64,000 nucleotides of DNA, taken from assembly GCA_963819655.1 (NCBI GenBank), contig CAWFXA010000002.1, forward strand, positions 1,408,001 through 1,472,000, given 5' to 3'. Both the position numbers and the translations under genes were made by a program. Within the stretch, counting starts at the first letter, position 1. Each line of letters opens with the position of its first letter. The DNA comes from an uncultured Chloroflexia bacterium (lineage in GTDB: Bacteria; Chloroflexota; Limnocylindria; Limnocylindrales; CSP1-4). This document shows, piece after piece, positions 60,293 to 64,000 of this stretch. The notes under the pieces are model-generated. The model ran no database searches and was not told the origin of the DNA. It saw only the letters and a list, made by a program, of their open reading frames with translations.

Positions 60293-61465
60293 ATGTCTCC
60301 AAGGAAGCTCGCCGCGTTCGGGACGGCGATGGTCGCATTGACCATCGGCGCCGCCCCGATCCTCACCAGCGCGGCCGACCACCTCGATGCCCCCGCCCTC
60401 GGCGGGGCGACCGCAAACGGCCAGATCGCGCCGCATTCGGAGCACGGCGACCGCGACATCAACGATGTCTACGTCTTCCGGGCACCCGATAGCTCGCGCC
60501 GGACCGTCATCGCCATGACGGTCAACCCGGCCATCAACCTGTTCGGTGGCAACTTCGGGACCAACGTCAGGTACATCTTCAACATCGACAAGAACGGCGA
60601 TGAGAAGGCGGACCTGGCCTACGTCGCGCGGTTCGGCCGCGTCGATCGCAGCGATGGCGACAAGTACCCCGAGCAGGACTACCGGATCACGAAGTACACG
60701 GGCAGCCATGCCCGCGCGCTCGACTCCGGCACCGCCGTCGCTTGGGGCGAGAGCAACGAGGGGAGCGCCTCGACACGGCAGAATCTCCGCGCCTGGGCCG
60801 GCGTTCGGTCCGATCCGTTCTTCTTCGACCTGACCGGGTTCATCGGGACGACGACGCTGCTGACGACCGGTACGGCCGTCGGCGGCGACGCGCTCGGCAA
60901 CAACCCGACCGACTTTTTCGAGAACCTCAACACCAACGCGATCGTCCTGTCGATCCCGACCTCGCAGCTGCCCGACACCATCGGCGTCTGGGCGGTCACG
61001 CAGTATCGGAAGGACGGCAAGTGGCGGGCAGGCGACCAGATGGGTCGACCCGCGATCAACACCGTGTTCAACCCTGCGGCCGACAAGGATCTGTTCAACC
61101 GGACTCCGCCGAGCAAGCAGGCCACGGCCTACGACGGCAAGTTCCGCAAGAACGTGATCAACGGCCTCAAGTTCTTCTCGAGCCTCGATAGCGAAGGCGC
61201 GTACTCGAATGCACAGGCGGGGGCGTTGGCCGACGTCCTGATCCCGGACGTGCTCGTGTACAGCCGCTCGAGCAAGCTGCCCGCGCCGCTCAACGGCCGA
61301 GCGCTCGCCGATGACGTCATCGACGTCGAGCTCAACGTGACCACGGGCGGCGATCCGCTCGGCCTGTTCGCGAACCGCGACGCCAACGGCGCCGTGCCGG
61401 GGGACGGGGTCGGTCCACACACCGACTACCTGTCGCGCTTCCCGTATCTCGGGAGGCCCCACTAG
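60293..61465 (+). CDS. DUF4331 family secreted protein
   Basis: ADHLDAP, DINDVYVF, DPFFFD, DQMGRPAINT, NGRAL.DDVID, FPYL..PH. Confidence 0.88.
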   Translation: MSPRKLAAFGTAMVALTIGAAPILTSAADHLDAPALGGATANGQIAPHSEHGDRDINDVYVFRAPDSSRRTVIAMTVNPAINLFGGNFGTNVRYIFNIDKNGDEKADLAYVARFGRVDRSDGDKYPEQDYRITKYTGSHARALDSGTAVAWGESNEGSASTRQNLRAWAGVRSDPFFFDLTGFIGTTTLLTTGTAVGGDALGNNPTDFFENLNTNAIVLSIPTSQLPDTIGVWAVTQYRKDGKWRAGDQMGRPAINTVFNPAADKDLFNRTPPSKQATAYDGKFRKNVINGLKFFSSLDSEGAYSNAQAGALADVLIPDVLVYSRSSKLPAPLNGRALADDVIDVELNVTTGGDPLGLFANRDANGAVPGDGVGPHTDYLSRFPYLGRPH

Positions 61466-61467
61466 TC

Positions 61468-61513
61468 GGAGCGCGTCGGAGGGCGGTCCAGACGGGCCGC
61501 CCTCCGTCGCTCC
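61468..61513 (+). other. Long intercistronic hairpin after the DUF4331 gene
   Basis: GGAGCG..CGGAGGGCGGTCC-AGAC-GGGCCGCCCTCCG.CGCTCC. Confidence 0.55.
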
Positions 61514-61529
61514 GTCGGGACGCAATGTC

Positions 61530-62893
61530 ATGACGGTATCGCCGACGCACTCCCTCGCCGCCGACCCCGGGCCATCGGCCTCCTGCTGGCGGCCGGGCTC
61601 GTCGTTGCCGGTTCCTACCTCTTGGCCGCGTTCCGTCCGACCGCGCTGCCGACCAGCGCCCCGCCGGCGCAGCCCCTACCGGCCGCGTCCGCCGCGCCCA
61701 TCGATGGCGGTGGAGCACCCGTCGGTTCGATCGCCCAGATCGACGGGTCGATCGAAGCCTGGTCGAAGAACCTCGAGACCAACCCGCGAGACTTCCTCGC
61801 CGCGACCAACCTGGCGGCGCTGTATCACGGTCGTGGACGGCTGACGTACGACCTGACCGACTACGACCGCGCGCTGACGGCAGCCCGGACGGCGCTCAAG
61901 ATCGAACCGTTGCATGGCCCGGCGCGTGCGCTCGAGGGCGCGATCCTCTTCTCACTCCATGACTTCGCCGGCGCGTTCGCGTCCGCCGATGCGCTGGTCC
62001 GCGACGATCCGTCGCAGACGGGCGCGCTCGCTGTCCGGTTCGACGCTGCCCTCGAGCTCGGGCGCATCGATGTCGCGCGTGCGGACCTGGACGGACTTCG
62101 GGGCGTCGGCGGACCCGCCGTCCTGATTCGCGAGGCCCGTCTTACCTCGGTCACCGGCGACGCCGACCTCGCTTTGGAGCAGGCACAGGCTGCCCGCGCA
62201 GCGGCCATCGCCGACGAGGTCGAGGACCTCGGCTTCTACGCGTATGCCGAGGGCGAGTATGCCAGGCTCGTCGGCGATGCGGCAGCGGCCCGAACCGCCT
62301 TCGCCGACGCGCTCGAGGGCCGCGATGACGATGTCGGCGCGCTCATCGGGCTCGCCCGTATCGACGCGTTCGACGGCGAGGTCGAGGCGGCGATAGCAGG
62401 CCTCCGCCGAGCGACGGATATCGCACCACAACCCGAGGCCCTGGCGCTACTCGGCGATCTCCTGGAGCAGCAGGATCCGGGTGCCGGGGCGGCGTCGTTC
62501 GAGACGGTGCGGTTCATCGAGCGACTCGGCGACGTCCAGGCAACGACATACGACCGGCAACTGCTTCGGTTCGAGCTCGATCACGGTGGCGCGAGCGAGG
62601 GGTTGCTTGCGCGCGTACGCGAGTCAGTGGCCGAGCGACCCGACTGGTCCGGACACGACACCTTGGCTTGGGCCCTCTATCGCCTCGGGCATCTCGACGC
62701 TGCGGCTGAGTCGATCATCGCGGCCCGTTCCCTCGGCGCCGACGATGCCCGCCTGCGGTTCCACGACGGCGCGATCCAGCTCGCCCGCGGCGATGCCGTC
62801 GGCGGGCAGGCCCTGTTGCGCTCTGCACTCGAACTCGGCCCGGCACTCGACCCTGTGGAACGCGCTCAGGCGGGGAGGCTCCTCGGAGGATGA
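61530..62893 (+). CDS. Membrane-anchored TPR protein, probable -1 frameshift near 61553
   Basis: TPR helices, DTLAWALY. ATG 61530 joins RRRPRAIGLLLAAGLVVAG if one C is restored. Confidence 0.8.
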
Positions 62894-62934
62894 TGTCGGC
62901 GGTCCGCTACCGGGGGCGCTCCTCGTCCTCCGAC

Positions 62935-63103
62935 CACTCCCTCGACATGCACCCGGGGCATGCGCGCCGCGCGCACCACTAGCCCAGGGACACAGGTCGG
63001 CTGTTCCGGAGCACTCACATGCTCCCAGTGCATATGCTCGGCAACCGACGAGGCGATCGCGTCGCAACGAGGCGACATGCGCCCGGTGCATGACGAGGGA
63101 GTG
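62935..63103. repeat. Intergenic inverted-repeat element, family A copy 2
   Basis: CACTCCCTCGAC-ATGCACCCGGGGCAT ... CATGCGCCCGGTGCATG-ACGAGGGAGTG; degenerate middle unit at 63018, 72 bp after the core at 62946. Confidence 0.75.
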
Positions 63104-63106
63104 CGA

Positions 63107-63176
63107 TTGACACGACTCGGTCGTCACCCGGATGATGCGCGGGCCATGCGCGCACATCTGTTCAGCACATCTGTGC
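63107..63176 (+). promoter_or_regulatory. Promoter and probable SorC-family operator
   Basis: TTGACA 63107-63112, GATGAT 63131-63136; tandem GCACATCTGT at 63152 and 63165, the second forming the palindrome GCACA-TC-TGTGC. Confidence 0.6.
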
Positions 63177-63192
63177 GGCCCGTTTCCGAACG

Positions 63193-64000
63193 GTGACCAC
63201 CGACCGCGACCGGCTCGTCCTGGCGAGCCGTCTCTACTACGAGCTCGGCGAGACGCAGAACGCGATCGCAGATCGGCTCGGAGTGACACGGCCCCAGGTC
63301 AGCCGCCTGCTGAAGCGCGCCCGCGCAGAGGGCATCGTCGAGATCCGGATCGTCGACCGGGACACGGCCGAATCTCCCGCCGCGGACGCTCTCCGACAGC
63401 GCTTCGGGCTTGATGCCGTCCACCTCGCGCCGACCCTCGCCGGTCCAGAAGACCTCACGCGACGCATCGTCGGTCGGCTCGCCGCGCAGGTCCTGCGCGC
63501 CACGATCCGCGACGGGAACATCGTCGGGATCGGTGATGGCGCGTCGATCGGAGCCGTTGCTGACGCGCTCGACGATGCCGCGACCCCGGTCCGCGCAACA
63601 GTCGTGCCGCTGGCCGGCGGGTACTGGTCGACCGGGCCGGAGCGCGAGCCGTTCAGGCGTATCGCCGATGCCTTCGGCGCCCAGCCGCACGGACTCATGG
63701 CACCCGGCCTGCTTGACGACGCGGCCACGAAGCGAGCGCTCGAAAGCCATGCCGGCGTCCGCGCCGTCGTCGATCTATGGGATCGGCTCGACGTCGCGCT
63801 GTTCGGGATCGGCGGCCGCTCGTGGGGCGCGTCATCCGTCGGCCCCGAGGTCGCCCGGGAGCTCGAGACCGACGCCGCGATCGGCGAGATCCTCATCGCA
63901 CCGTTCGATATCGACGGCGCCTTCGTCTGTCCGACGCTGCGAGATCGCGTGCTCGCGTTCGACGCCAGGGCGCTCGGCCGTGTGCCGGTGTCGATCGGGG
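63193..64000 (+). CDS. SorC/DeoR(LsrR)-family sugar-binding transcriptional regulator (3' truncated)
   Basis: Manual translation MTTDRDRLVLASRLYYELGETQNAIADRLGVTRPQVSRLLKRARAEGIVEIRI; later VVPLAGG and ALFGIG; runs off the window. Confidence 0.9.
   Translation, partial: MTTDRDRLVLASRLYYELGETQNAIADRLGVTRPQVSRLLKRARAEGIVEIRIVDRDTAESPAADALRQRFGLDAVHLAPTLAGPEDLTRRIVGRLAAQVLRATIRDGNIVGIGDGASIGAVADALDDAATPVRATVVPLAGGYWSTGPEREPFRRIADAFGAQPHGLMAPGLLDDAATKRALESHAGVRAVVDLWDRLDVALFGIGGRSWGASSVGPEVARELETDAAIGEILIAPFDIDGAFVCPTLRDRVLAFDARALGRVPVSIG

Overview
High-GC bacterial chromosome window, densely coding (about 60 CDS plus one tRNA-His). Gene content and style suggest a Chloroflexota (Limnocylindria-like) or actinobacteria-like soil organism; this is inference only. 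Main blocks, in order: a ROK-regulated amino-sugar ABC uptake and catabolism operon with two 25-bp operators; a three-gene operon with a divergent FtsH-like protease; an HTH plus PD-(D/E)XK nuclease gene; a CcsA-type heme ligase cluster; add, pepA, an M23 peptidase, glgC, tandem membrane-anchored gluzincins, pncB, NUDIX and an MsiK-type ATPase; an amide/amine glutamylation cluster; tRNA-His; an ECF sigma/anti-sigma pair; ppk2, pgm and two paralogous acidic coiled-coil proteins; a MacB-type ABC system, bioY, a GlcD-like oxidase, DUF4331/TPR and a SorC-family regulator. The most unusual signal is non-coding. Five intergenic elements (115-190 bp) from three unrelated sequence families are bounded by imperfect inverted repeats of about 28-38 bp. 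Three of them carry a third internal copy offset by exactly 72 bp, and one overlaps the stop codon of the HTH-nuclease gene. A structured leader RNA candidate precedes the M23 gene. Six single-base frameshifts are probably sequencing errors. All assignments come from reading motifs by eye; no database searches were run.
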